Positions 50,543-64,000 of a stretch of 64,000 bases of DNA are shown here, piece by piece. The position numbers were made by a program, and so were the translations under genes. The DNA is from Octopus sinensis (Eukaryota), in contig NC_043007.1 of the NCBI RefSeq assembly GCF_006345805.1, forward strand, positions 19,592,001 through 19,656,000, in the 5' to 3' direction. The notes beneath the pieces are model-generated. The model made no database searches and was not told the DNA's origin. It saw nothing but the letters and a program-made list of their open reading frames with translations. Numbering within the stretch: position 1 is the first letter of the stretch; each line of letters opens with the position of its first letter.

Positions 50543-51270
50543 GCACCTTCACTCCACAAAACCTACCATCACCACCACCACCACCATCACCACCACCACC
50601 ACCACCACCACTACTATGACAACATCCCCTAACATATATATCCCAGCCTTTATCGAAAGACTATTTTAAGTAAGTCCCGTTGTGTTGTAACAGGGTATCG
50701 GGTGTCGGAGTTAGAACATATACTACATCTATTTCAGGGTACATTGGGGATGCCTATCTGTAGATCCCTGCAATGGAAAGGTGGAGGAAGAGTAGGAGAA
50801 GGAGGAGAATAGGGGCTGATGGGAGTGGAAGAGAAGAATAGGGTCACCAACATATTGCACAATTATACACACACACGTAAGAACACGTACACGCGCGTGT
50901 ACACACATACATATATAAGTATATATTTGTATATGCATGTATGTATATGTACGTTATTTGTATACTACATATACACACATACATAAATATGTATGTAGAT
51001 GTATATATACATATATATATGCGTGTGTATGTATATAAATATATATATGCAAATACATGTATACATGCATATTTATATTTATGTGTGTATATATAATATG
51101 TTGTGTAATATATATACATACAAGTAAGAGGAGAGACCACTAAGTGGATCCTTTGTATGCTAAAGATAGACGTCAAACTGTCCGTTCTTTACGTATGCTA
51201 TATATATATATATTATATATATATATGAAATATATGCATTTTATCAATATCTATGTATTTTTATATATAT

Positions 51271-51319
<49 letters not shown>

Positions 51320-51357
51320 GTATTAATTTTATTGTATCGCATTTGACTTTGTTTATG

Positions 51358-51408
<51 letters not shown>

Positions 51409-52639
51409 ATAAAGCAGCAATTTGACATTCACCTTTTGCAAAACGTCTGAAAGCCGTACCGACTCACCGTGTCCCTGGGGCGGTGAAATTCCACCACCCA
51501 ACCCGCTCTCCAAAATATAGCATATGTCACTCCATAGGAATTTTACTACAATTGACGCTATTCAACTTACAACAGTTGCGGGTCGTTAGCACATCTTGAG
51601 GTTAAAATGCATGTTGTACATAGTATACGGTTATTATTAATATTCTTTTCTACTCTAGGCACAAGGCCCGAAATTTGGGGGGAGAGGGGACCAGTCGAAA
51701 GGATGAAAGGCAAATTCGACCTCGGAGGAATTTGAACTCAGAACGTAGCGGCAGACGAAATACCTATTTCTTTATTATACACAAGGGGCTAAACACAGAG
51801 AGGACAAACAAGGACAGACAAACGGATTAAGTCGATTACATCGACCCCAGTGCGTAACTGGTACTTATTTTAATCGACCCCGAAAGGACGAAAGGCAAAG
51901 TCGACCTCGGTAGAATTTGAACTCAGAACATAACGACAGACGAAATACCGCTAAGCATTTCCCCGGCGCCTTGGTTATAATTAATATTATAGTGAATAAG
52001 ACATCTCTCGTCTCTCTTCAGTAAATCCTCAGAGAGATCCAGCAGCATTTGGTAGTGAATGTAAGGGAGATAACCTACTTCTGGTGAAAAAGAAAATTGA
52101 AACTTACAGGGAACATTAACATTTATACTAGTGATCGCTTACATGTTTGTATATGTATAATGTGGGCGTATGAACATGTATATATACATACTTGTATATA
52201 GATAAGTATGTGTATATATGTATATACATACTTGTATATAGATAAGTATGTGCACATATGTGCATACATGTATCCATGCTTGTATGTATACGTAGTTTTG
52301 CCTATATATATAAGCAGGTTTATATGCAAATAAATGTCTGTGTATGTATTGTGTTTGTATGTATGTATGTATGTATGTATGTATGTATGTATCTATCTGT
52401 CTATCTATCTACCTATCTATTTATCTATCTATCTGTCTGTCTATCTACTTATGTAACCAAGCCTTGAGAATCTTTACTGATACTTATAAAACAATGATGC
52501 ACCATCCAAGATATCTTAATACCACCGAGGAGATATTGAGATATACTATAATATGTAATATGGTAATCTTCTATAAATAATAACATTAGCACTAATACAA
52601 TAAATAGAACCTCTTATAACTATAGGCCTAATATGCAAT

Positions 52640-53137
52640 GCTATATAATATATAAGCGTACGGTCAAAGTACCAAAGAGTGTTTATTACTACACAAGCGC
52701 GTCTGTAACAAAAATCAATGTCACGTTACATTATCACGTTCACTCTTTTAAGCACAAAAGAAATCTGCACATCGTTGGCTAAATTCATGTGGCACCTCAA
52801 AGAGAAAAATTTAACATCTCTGTTTCGTGGTCGATCAAAGACCATGCTCTTGCATAGAGAGGTACGGTGGGAGCGTTTGGGCTAACTTCTAGCCTAAGCG
52901 GTGTTACAGAGTGAGCTACACAAATGAGAAATTTGTTTTATTTACTTTTATTTTCAGGAATCAAAAAAAAATATTGAAAATGAGCATTCACCTCATCATT
53001 TTGCATAGGCATCAAGAATGCTTATAAGAGTTTAATTATAATTATTGTACGTATTAATGTGTGTATTTCCTGATATTATCTATGGTGGTAAAAGTATTCT
53101 TCCAAGGTTACCCGTCGTATGACGGGTAATATACTAG
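52640..53137 (+). mobile_element. Probable non-autonomous Helitron (3' end clear, 5' end approximate)
   Basis: Hairpin ttacccgtc-gtat-gacgggtaa (53108-53129), then CTAG at 53134-53137 followed by T. A 5'-like 'gctatataatatataag' lies near 52640. Confidence 0.6.
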
Positions 53138-53584
53138 TATATATATAATAGTTTTTTATGGTTTTCGGGGAGCACATATATGTGTTTGTGTTGTGTGTGT
53201 GTGTGGTGTGGTGTGTGTGTATATATACAAACACAAATATCTATATATTTATGCACGGGTGCATGCGTGTGCGTGTGCTTATGTGAGTATATTGCCATTA
53301 CAGAGTAATTGCCGCAAAAGAAAAACATCATAAATTAATTAGTGTGGTTTAATCTCGGGGTTCTTTGATGTCAGCAGCATCTTCATCACAGCAACCAGCC
53401 AGTAATTAGATGGCGCCTAGTACGAAATGTAAAAGAGGTCAATAGATTGCTCCTGTATCAAGGAGGTCATCGTTCTACAAGAAACGGTAGCGAAATAATG
53501 ATTGAGCAACATCTCTTACTGTCTCTTACTTAAAGGCATTCTCTCTGTCCCTCTTTCTCTCTCCCTCCCTCTCTCTCTCTCTCA

Positions 53585-53632
<48 letters not shown>

Positions 53633-55152
53633 TGTACATATAATGCTTACATATATGTGTGTGTGTATATATAACACACATATACATATATATATATATA
53701 TTATATATTATATATATAATAATATATATTTTGTGGGGGGAGTGTGTGTTCTGTGTGTCTAAAGACGCATGGGCTAGTGGTTAGGGCGGTGCTGCATTTA
53801 CGAGCGCTAGATCTTGGGTTCGTTTCCCCGGCCGAGCTGCGCGTTGTGTTCTCGAGCAAAACATTTCATTTCACCTTACCTCTAGCCAAACTCGGCCGTA
53901 AAAGAGCAAACTTGCGAGGATTAGCTTTAGCCATCAATAAGTACTAGGCTTCCAAAGAATAAGTCCTGAGATCGATTTGCTCCAGCATGGCCGCAGTCAA
54001 ATGACTGAAACAAAATAATATATATATATAGGTGAAGGAAGTCTGTCGTATATATGTATATATATATATGTGTGTGTCTGTGTTTGTCCCCCTAGCATTG
54101 CATGACAACCGATGCTGGTGTGTTTACGTCCCCGTAACTTAGCGGTTCGGCAAAAGAAACCGATAGAATAAGCACTAGGCTTACAAAGAATAAGTCCTGG
54201 GTTCGATTTGCTCGACTAAATGCGGTGCTCCAGCATGGCCGCAGTCAAATGACTGAAACAAATAAAAGAATATATATATATAGGGTGTTCCATAAATTAT
54301 CTTTACAGCTTCCGCAATTTAGTCTATCGATTAGAGTTGAGATCTTGTAGGTGTGTTGTGTGCCACCAGTGGAGCCCACCCGGAAGTGTTCTTACGCTTC
54401 TAATCAAACTTTATTTCTTTGTCTACATTTTCCAATAATCTCTTCTTGGCAATCCTTATTTTTGGATTTGTTTTCTGTATTTTAGATAGTGTAAATGAAA
54501 TTTATGGACACAGACAAAACCATTAAATGCATTCGTGTACATACATGTATACACTCAAACACTCGCCCTGAACATTCATTCACAGATAAGAATACCATCA
54601 ACCGATTTCTTTCGTTTCTTTCGTTTCCCGTCTTATATAATTGGATCCTGTAACAGATCTTTCTGTCTGGCTGTCTGAATGTCTGGTTGTTTGTCTGCCC
54701 CCCCTCTCTCTCTGTCTCTCTTTCCTACTATCCATCCACCACCAGTTCGTTATCTGAAGCCAGTCTCCTTTTTTATCAGCCTTTACGTCATGCGATACAG
54801 TGGCGGCGAACGAGAAAAGCATGTTCCTTATGCAAATGAAGTCCGACTTACGGACAATAAATAAATGGGAAGCTGTGATGCCCATGCCTTTCACGAAGGT
54901 ATAAAGTAACTCGTGCACACGCCTATTTTTTTTTTGTTTAGTTCCACGTCAGCCCTCGTAACCGATGTATGATGACCTGTCATTTTGTATATCTATCTAC
55001 GATCACAGTGTTTGATGTGACCGTCTCTTTTGAAGATCGCTCGCTGAGATTTGATTGGAGATTTAGCTTTTAGGCGTAGGAGTGGCTGTGTGGTAAGTAG
55101 CTTGCTTACCAACCACATGGTTCCAGGTCCAAGCGATGGTGGGGGACAAACA

Positions 55153-55216
<64 letters not shown>

Positions 55217-55593
55217 CAGTAGGCTTCTTTCAGTTTCCGTCTACCAAATCCACTCACAAGGCTTTGGCTGTCCCGGGGCTATAACAGAAGACACTTGCCC
55301 AACGTGCCACGCAGTGGGACTGAGCCCGGAACCATGTGGTTGGGAAGCAAGCTTCTTACCACACAGCCACGCCTGCGCCTAAAAAATATTGCACATAAAG
55401 TTTAATAGCAAAATCTTATGTGGGCCCTTAAAAGGGCCATATGGACCCCGGCTGAGAACCACTGACAGAGAAATCAGCAAAACGTTAAAGCATCCGCTGT
55501 GCACATGGTAACGATATCATAGGCGCTATCTATTGTGATGTGTTTGTTGGGGTTACTGTTTAGGGAGTTGGCGTGTGGAAGGGGTGATGTTGA

Positions 55594-55624
<31 letters not shown>

Positions 55625-56146
55625 GGTGGTGGCAGCAGCGGTAATGGTAGCGGTAGTGGTGCTGCAACTGATGCTGATGATGATGATAATGATGATGATG
55701 ATGATGATGATGATTGTGGTTATGGTGGTGGTGGTAGTGGTGGTGACGGTGGCGGTGCTGGTGCTGCTGCTACCACAGCTGATGATGATAGTGATGGTGA
55801 TTAGGGTAGTTAGTGGTTGTGGTGGTGTTGGTGGTAATTTAAACGGGTGGAGGTGGGGGTTGGAGGTGGGGCTGGTGGGGGGTAATTGCTTCACTAAGTA
55901 CGGGCACCTGGTCCTCATCACGTTTGCATCTGAAACAATTCCTTAGATTCCAGAGCTTTCTCTGTCTGTGTGTCAGTCTGTTTTACTGTCAAGTTGTCTG
56001 TCTGTCTGTCTGTCGGCTTGCTTGCCTGTCTGTCTGTCTGCATGACAGGCTGTCTGGCTGTCTAGCTGGCAGGCTGGTTGGCTGGCTGGCTGGTGTGATA
56101 GTGGGTTTGCATGTATAAAATAAAATATATATATACCCGTAGTATA

Positions 56147-56179
<33 letters not shown>

Positions 56180-57075
56180 GATATATATATAATATAGATA
56201 TATATATATCACGTGAGACCATCAGATGTTGTTACACATCGCTGGTCACAATGCGTTCGCATTGTTTTAGCCTTCGAATGACGCCACCCCGCTGGCTAGC
56301 GAGCAGGCCAACATATATTATATATATATATATAATATATAATTATATATATGTATGTATATTATGTAGATATATATATGTAGTATATAGGTTATTTGGT
56401 ATGTGAATGCCTCAGTCGCAGTAGTCGTGATGATAATGATGATGATGATAATGATGATGATAGTTTGGGTAGTTATATGTGGGATGGTGGTGGTGGTGGT
56501 GGTGGTGATAATGACGGTTGTGGTAATGATATCGCTTCAGGTGTTATAAGTGATGTTAGTCGATGGGTATGGTATGCGGGAGGGGTGGCGGAGAGGTGGT
56601 GACGGTGGTTATGTTGTTGTTGTTGCTGTTGTTGTTGTTGTTGTTGTCTATGTTGCTGCTCTTTCTTTCTCTTCTATCCCTCCTCCCCACCTCGTCCCCC
56701 CACCCCGTCCCCGCCGCCCGTGTATCGTTAAGCTATACCACCACGCCTAGTATTACCATTCTTCTGAAGCAACTCATCTCTTCGAAAAGAGACCGAGAAA
56801 ACGCGATTGGAATTGTTCGCTGAGCTAACCCTAACCGCCAAGCATAATATACGTCTCTCTTCACCCCCCAAAACGCGCGCGCACTCACACATACCACACA
56901 CATACACACGCGCATGCATGCACACACACACGCATGCATACACACGCACGCACGTACACACACGTGCACACACTCGTTGACACGCGCATAAAAGTTAATG
57001 TGAACACGTGTACCTGATGTTATCGGGTATCGCACGCCTCCTTAATTGTGTTTTATATCACCCAACCAAGCAATT

Positions 57076-57076
<1 letters not shown>

Positions 57077-57113
<37 letters not shown>

Positions 57114-57122
57114 CAGTAGTAT

Positions 57123-57154
<32 letters not shown>

Positions 57155-57608
57155 GCAGCAGTAGCAGTAGTAGTAGTTGTAGTAGTAGTAGTTGTAGTAG
57201 TAGTATTAGTTGTAGTAGTAGTAGTAGTAGCAGCAGTAGTAGTAGTAGTAGTAGTAGCGGCAGCAGCAGCAGTAGTAGTATTAGTAGTAGCAGCAGTAGC
57301 AGTAGTAGTAGTTGTAGTAGTAGTAGTAGTTGTAGTAGTAGTATTAGTTGTAGTAGTAGTAGTAGTAGTAGTAGTATAGTAGTAGTAGTAGTAGTAGTTA
57401 GCAGCAGCGCAGCAGCAGCGGCAATAGTAGTAGTAGTAGTAGTAGTAGCAGCAGCAGCAGCGGCAATAGTAGTAGTAGCAGTAGCAGCAGCAGCAGTAGT
57501 AGTAGTTGTAGTAGTAGTAGCAGTAGTAGGTGGAGCAGCAGCAGCAGTAGTAGTAGTAGCAGTAGTAGTAGTAGTAGTAGCAGCAGCAGCAGCAGCAACG
57601 GCAGTGGC

Positions 57609-57658
<50 letters not shown>

Positions 57659-57689
57659 CAGCAGCAGCAGTAGTAGTAGTAGTAGTAGT

Positions 57690-57727
<38 letters not shown>

Positions 57728-57760
57728 TTAGTAGTAGTAGTAGTAGTAGTAGTAGTAACA
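57077..57760. repeat. Compound (AGT)n/(AGC)n trinucleotide tract
   Basis: About 680 bp. It produces poly-S, poly-V and poly-T spurious ORFs. Confidence 0.95.
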
Positions 57761-57989
57761 GTTGTTGCTGTTATTGTTGCCGTCGGTATTTGACTGTTGG
57801 TCACTTCTGGTCCTGCAAACATTTGATCCAAGATGGTTCCTAGCCCGACCCGTAAATCACTTGTTTTATATATTCTCAAACGTGTTCCTTCCTTCCGTCT
57901 AAGACAGTAGGATATACTCTGAAGGAAATTTGGCTGCTATTTCTAGATGAGTGACTGACCATGTAAAGGTTTCCTCGTTGGATCGTATC

Positions 57990-60117
57990 TTAAAGTTTAT
58001 GTGGCTATATTTCCACAATACTCAACGTATTTTAACAATGTTTTAAAAACATTTCTTAATGATATTTAATTATTAAAGAACTTTAAGATTATTTCTTTAA
58101 TATTGAATGGGTTTGAAGGTCCAGTAGAGTAAAATAGGAATTAATGGGGTCCATAGGGGTGGAAATGGTTGAGAACCATTGGTTTAGAAAGTAAAGAGCC
58201 GGAAGAAATGCTGCTAAACATTTGGTCCGATTCGTCAACGGTTTTAACCGGCGAAGGGAAACAGCGTACTTGACCGAATCGTATTTGCCGGCTTACAAGC
58301 AAATCGGACTTCGATTTTAGCAAGCCTTTTCTTCAATCACTATGCATAGGCGCAGACATGGCTGCGTGGTAAGAAGTTTGCTTCTCAACCGCTAGTTTCC
58401 GGGTTCAGTCTCACTGCATGGCATCTTGGGCTTTAAGTGTCTTCTACTATAGCCGCGGGCCGAGCAAAGCTTTGTGAGTGGATTTGGAAGCCTGTCATGG
58501 GTGTGTGTGTGTGTTTTTTTTGTATCTGTGCTTGTCCCCCACCACCGATTGACAACCGGTGTCTGTGTGTTTACGTCGCCTTAACTTAGCTGTTTGACAA
58601 AATGTACCGATTGAATAAGTATCAGGCTTAAAATAAATAAATACTGGGGTCGATTCATTTGATTAAACATTCTTCAAAGTGGTGCCACAGCATGGCCGTA
58701 GTCTAATGCCTGAAACAAGTAAAAGATAAGGGTAAAATATGCCAGGAATCCGAACCTTCATATAGGGTTTCTTAGAAGTAGGCTGGTATTCGGGGTAATT
58801 TTCAGGAGGAATACCAGTCAAGAACTGAGGGTGGTTTAATCATATCTAAGCCATCCCCCGACCGTATTTTTAGGCCTTGTGCTTATGCTAAAATCGAAGG
58901 GCCGGGAAGTGAAAGAATCGTTAAGAAGTCGGACAAAATGTTTAGCAGCATTTCTTCCGGCTCTTTACTTTCTAAACCTATGGTTCTCAACCACCACCAC
59001 CCCTATGGACCCCTTAAGCTGTAATTGGTACCCGGTTTCAAAGGTATACCTCATGACACTCGGTCGGACCCCTGTGTATTGTTATAAACAGTGTGGATTA
59101 AAGAAGGGTTCAATTCATGATTTCATTTGCTAATTTAAAAAAAAATTTTATTTATGTAATTCTGTATCCTTCTTTTGCAGTTCCATCGTTGTAACGAGTC
59201 CTGGAAAAACAGCCGACCAAGAACGGTGCCGATCAGTCGCAGAACAGTCACGCTCGGAGTCAACATGCCACCATGGGGGTTGCAAACTACTGTGGTCATA
59301 CATTTGTTACCTGAAATGTCGGTGGTCGTAGCACGTGACTTGGTGGCCAGTCTACAAACCCACGCCCCAGCTTTGTCTACTATATCAACGTTGTAGTCCG
59401 GACAGACCCAGACGCTCAAATACAAGCACAAACGCATACATACATACATACATACATACATACATACATACATAAAAAGAATAATAAATGAATAAATATA
59501 CAAATAATAATTATAATATTATAATAATAATATACAAATAAAAACAAAACCGTAAAAATATTATATAAAAATGAATCGAATCCGTTCCGCGGCAGAGGAT
59601 CGAACCAGTGATGAAGGGAAACGATAAAGACGAAGAAATATCGATTGAAATATTGATCAGTGTGTAAATATCTGCAGCCTCATGAGATTGGCAGAATTGT
59701 TAGCGCGTCGGACAAAATGACTTGCTGTATTTCTTCCGGCACTTTACTTTCTAAATTCAAGTCGGCCGAAGTTGACTTTGCCTTTCATCCACCCGAAGTT
59801 GATGAAATGAAATACCAGTCAAGAACTGAGGGTGGTTTAATCATATCTAAGCCATCCCCCGACCATATTTTTAGGCATTGTGCTTATGCTAAAATCGAAG
59901 GGCCGGGAAGTGATAGAATCGTTAACGAGTCGGACAAAATGTTTAGCAGCATTTCTTCCGGCTCTTTACTTTCTAAACCAATGGTTCTCAACCATTTCCA
60001 CCCCTATGGACCCCATTTATTCCTATTTTACTCTACTGGACCTTTAATAATTAAATATCATTAAGAAATGTATAAAAAATTGTTAAAATACCTTGAGTAT
60101 AGCCACATAAACTTTAA
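57990..60117. repeat. Local inverted plus direct duplication cluster
   Basis: 57990-58243 is an inverted copy of 59917-60117. 58811-59013 is a direct copy of 59812-60014 (1001-bp offset, about 95% identical by eye). Confidence 0.8.
58348..58730 (+). mobile_element. SINE family A, diverged full-length copy
   Basis: Head aggcgcagacatggctgcgtggtaag, central gtgtcttctactatagcc, tail gaaacaagtaaaagataa. Confidence 0.7.
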
Positions 60118-60507
60118 TAATAAAATCTTAAACAAAACCCGGTTTCACCAACCACTGTTCTAAATGCAAATCCTGCTGAGGTCAGCTTTGATTTTCATCC
60201 CCTCAGGATCAGTAAAGTACCAGTCAAGTGCTGGAGTCGATGGAATAATCTCAACCTCCAAAGTTTTCTGTGCTTATCTCAAAAACAACAATTATAATAA
60301 TAATAATTATTATTATCATTAATTGTTCAATGTGTCCAGTCCATTGTGATATGTGGGTCATTATATCTATTACCCCAGTATCCCATTGGCATTATAATAA
60401 ATACTTCCAATCCTCTATGGACTGACCTCAAAATCGTTGGCATTTACTCGTCTGCCCAGAGGAGCCGATGGCATGGATTTAATTAGTCGAAACCCCATTC
60501 CAGTTAT

Positions 60508-60577
<70 letters not shown>

Positions 60578-62254
60578 TGTGTGTATACAGCACATTCGCT
60601 CTGCTTGACTGTGAATTTCTTATATCTTAGTCTCTCTATATTCTGGGTTGTCCTTCATTCTTTTTAAGTGGAAAATATTTGGGGATTCATAGTTTTTGGG
60701 GATCATTAATTTTGGCATTGGTTGGTTTTCTTCATAAGTTATCTAGTTAGGCTTTGATAACACTTAGATATTGGTGTCTAGTTTTAGGAGGTACTGTGGT
60801 ATATATATATATATATACAGTAGACATATACCTATACAGACATGCTCTTAAAAATACCTGACCATGTGTGTATGTGTTTTTTCATGATTATGCACGTAGT
60901 ATAGGTAACATAGTGTATAGTGGTGAATGTGATGGTGGATGTTTGTGCATCCAAGAGGTCATCGTGTTAAAAGTAAAAGTGGCGAAAGCACGTGGAGACT
61001 TCTGGCGGACGATTAGTACAGGGGAGATAATCCTATCATAATAATATTTGGCAGGATTTGTAGTTTGATTTCGAAACTAAGGAATAAGGAAGAAAATGTA
61101 TAAAATACGCATATTTATTTATGTTTGTAGCTTACTCCTTACGAAGTTCTTAGCACCATTTCATTCTTTTTGGAAATCATCTGCATAACAAAGCTGCATT
61201 TTTTATCTAGCAGAAAAGAACAGTCAAGAAAAATCAATTCCCGGTCAGAAGTTGATTGGTGAAACTTCTTTAAATCGTTCCAAGTAAAAGATGACCTGCA
61301 AAGTCGGGCTTAGTGGCATTTGAACTCAGAACGTAAAGGGTTGTAAGCCAAATACAGCAAAGATTCTTTCTCCCCCCCTCTCTCTCTCTCTCTCTTTCTG
61401 TGCTCTAACGATCCTGACAATTTACAAACCTTATCTTTTGAGTAAATAAATGAATAAATAAATAAATAATGAAATTTTAAAAGAAAATGGATAAAACATA
61501 TTTTTTAAAAAATATCATTTCGCAGCCTCCCTCCTTAAAACACAAACACACACAGTCCCGTTTCTTCTCCAACGGAGACACTGACACCAAGGCTTGGTAT
61601 ATATAAATATATACTCATGAGAACTATTATAGGCGATGATGATGATGATGATGATGATAGTGGAGCAAGGAGATGGAGGAAAATTAAAATCTGAAATAAA
61701 GAAAGGATAATGTAAAAATGGTTTTTGTTGTTTGCAGAGTTGTTTTGTTTGTTGGGTTTTTCTTTTTTTTCCTGGGAATTGTATTTGTTTTACTTCTATT
61801 GATAATTCAGTCTTTTTTCTTTTACTTGTTTCAGTCATTAGGTTGCGGCCTTGCTGGGGCACCACCTTGAAGAATTTATAGTCGAACGAATCGAACCCAG
61901 CACTTATATTTTTTGTCAGCCTCGTATTTATTCTATTGGTGTCTTATGCCCACGGACATGTGGCGTAGTGGTTAAGACGCCGGGCTACTGACCCCAAGAT
62001 TCCGAGTTCAATTCCAGGCAGTGACCTGAATAATAATAATAATAAAATAATAATAATAATAATAATAATAATATAATAATAATAATAATGATAATAATAA
62101 TAATAATGATAATATTGTGAAGTACATTTGCCACTTAAATGTGGCTAACCCCCTAAGGGTGGATGCTACTGTAGCTTGTAGTCCCACCAGTAGCATCCAC
62201 CCTTATAACAATAATAATAATAACCTAATAACAATAATAATAATAACAATAATA

Positions 62255-62295
<41 letters not shown>

Positions 62296-63086
62296 TGGAA
62301 AAATACCTTAGGAATGAGAACCCAGGTTCGAAACGAAAAGTTGTGTTAACAACAAACAAGATGAGGACAAATATCCGTCAAATGTAAATAATGTAAATAA
62401 TGTAAATGATGTTCTCTGAACATGTTTCATATTTTTCATTTCTCTCAGGCTTTCAATTATATTCCCACCCCTCTTCCACCACAATCACCACCACCACAAC
62501 AACAACAACTCCAACTCCAACAACATCTGTAACTAGCAAACAAGGATGGCTTCATGTGGTCGCTTGTTCTGCTAGAATTATCAGTCAAATCTCTCGCCAA
62601 ATCAATAGTCAACCATCTTAAACAAGGTGAGACACGTTAAATAATATAGTCTTAGATAAACTATGCCCAAATCTAACACGCCTCGGTCACAGCTGGATCG
62701 CTTTTGATCAAAAGGTCTGCTCACTAAGGCTGACCTGTACGAGCTATAATCTACAACAACACCACTATCAACAACAACAACAACAGCAAAACTGCCAAAA
62801 TACTATCTTTGCTTATTATCAATAGCATCTCCATCGATATTGGAATCTTCAACGTTGCCGCCATCAACATCAACACTTCTAACCTAAACAAAACAGGCTC
62901 CAACACCACCAACACCACCACTGTCCGCATTACCACCGACAACCACCGCCATTGCGCACGATAATCTCCCACTTGCCAAAACAGATAAATGCCTGCCAGA
63001 ATAATCTTGATAACAAAAACACAAACGCTGTGGCATGTAAACACACCGACTGATGGCAGCCATATTGTTTGCTTGGATTAGATGAT

Positions 63087-63280
63087 CTTCTTCTTCTTCT
63101 TCTTCTTCTTCTTCTTCTTCTTCTTCTTCTCTTCTTCTCCTCCTCCTCCTCCTTCTTCTTCTTCTTCTTCTTATCCTTCTCCTTCTGATCCTTCTCCTTC
63201 TTCTTCTTCTCCTCCTCCTCCTTCTCCTTCTTCTTCTTCTTCTTCTTCTTCTTCTTCTTCTTCCTCCCCCTCCTCCTCCT
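63087..63280. repeat. (TTC/CTC)n tract
   Basis: Directly visible. Confidence 0.9.
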
Positions 63281-64000
63281 GGTAGAATCATTAGCACAGA
63301 CCAGTGACATAGCTAGAATGCATGCTGCCCGCATCAGTCTTGAATTGGCTTCCCCCATTGTTCCCACACACCCCTGTACGACAGATACAAAAGTGACCCG
63401 TCATAAAAGCGTTGCCTGGCACGGACCAGTCCCTTTACTCCTAGGTACGGTTACAGGAACAGAAACAGCGAAAAGTTTGATTCCTTGTCCAAGAACATAG
63501 AATTATTCTATCAACTCGGTCAGCTACGACTCTTCGAGAACTGTGCTAATGTACTATTATCTGTTTGTCTATTTAAAAAGCAGCCAAAACTGTTGACTGA
63601 TTCCGGTAATCAGAACCACGCAGGTGGTTTGTACAGATAAACTAGTGCTTTTACAATTTACGTGTATGTAGAATAACGGTTTTATTGTCCAGAATAACAG
63701 TTTCATTTTCAAGAATAAGTGTTTCTTTTTGTAAACGGCAAAGAAGTTCCGTATTTAATGACATATAAGATGCACTCCTCCCCCGCCGAAAAAAGTCCCC
63801 CAAAATTACCCCGAGGGCTACATGAGTTTGCTTCAGATATTACTTGCTTTAATACACAAACATTTTCTTCTGAATATATGCTACTGAAATTGAGGTGCTT
63901 CTCACGTGTCCGTGTGTCTTAAACCATCAGAAAAGTACTGTAAATCCTTGAGTATAATACTCAGGGGATTTTTAGGGGGCTGTACCTCTGAAAAACCTAA

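Noticed and set aside
54783-54837. CRE-like TTACGTCA and octamer ATGCAAAT cluster
   Set aside because: Such 8-mers are expected several times by chance in 64 kb of AT-rich DNA, and there is no linked gene.

Overview
AT-rich, microsatellite- and SINE-saturated animal genomic DNA. The repeat landscape looks like an octopod cephalopod (Octopus), which is an inference. There is one 100-N scaffold gap (46151-46250). Two protein-coding genes converge tail-to-tail. On + are the last 10 coding exons of WDR81 (153-19029), which splice in frame into the C-terminal WD40 region and stop. On - are the last two coding exons of a small Fos/ATF3/BATF-type bZIP factor (29880-27767), with a candidate twin-CCAAT promoter near 37.9 kb and a decayed duplicate of its terminal exon. 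The most striking non-genic signal is a set of type I hammerhead-ribozyme (HHR) motifs on Penelope-like element ends, several of them in fold-back structures. The largest is a ~5.75 kb near-perfect palindrome (5624-11378) in a WDR81 intron with an HHR motif near each outer end; it could be real or a long-read fold-back artefact. Further HHR motifs lie at 838-898 (near-intact, GUC site), 45995-46055 (inside a 132-bp mini fold-back), 22004-22071 and 15851-15885. The rest is tRNA-derived SINEs, mariner and RTE-LINE remnants, Helitron and MITE non-autonomous elements, minisatellites and long simple repeats. No gene could be supported beyond about 38 kb. All alignments and folds were done by eye.
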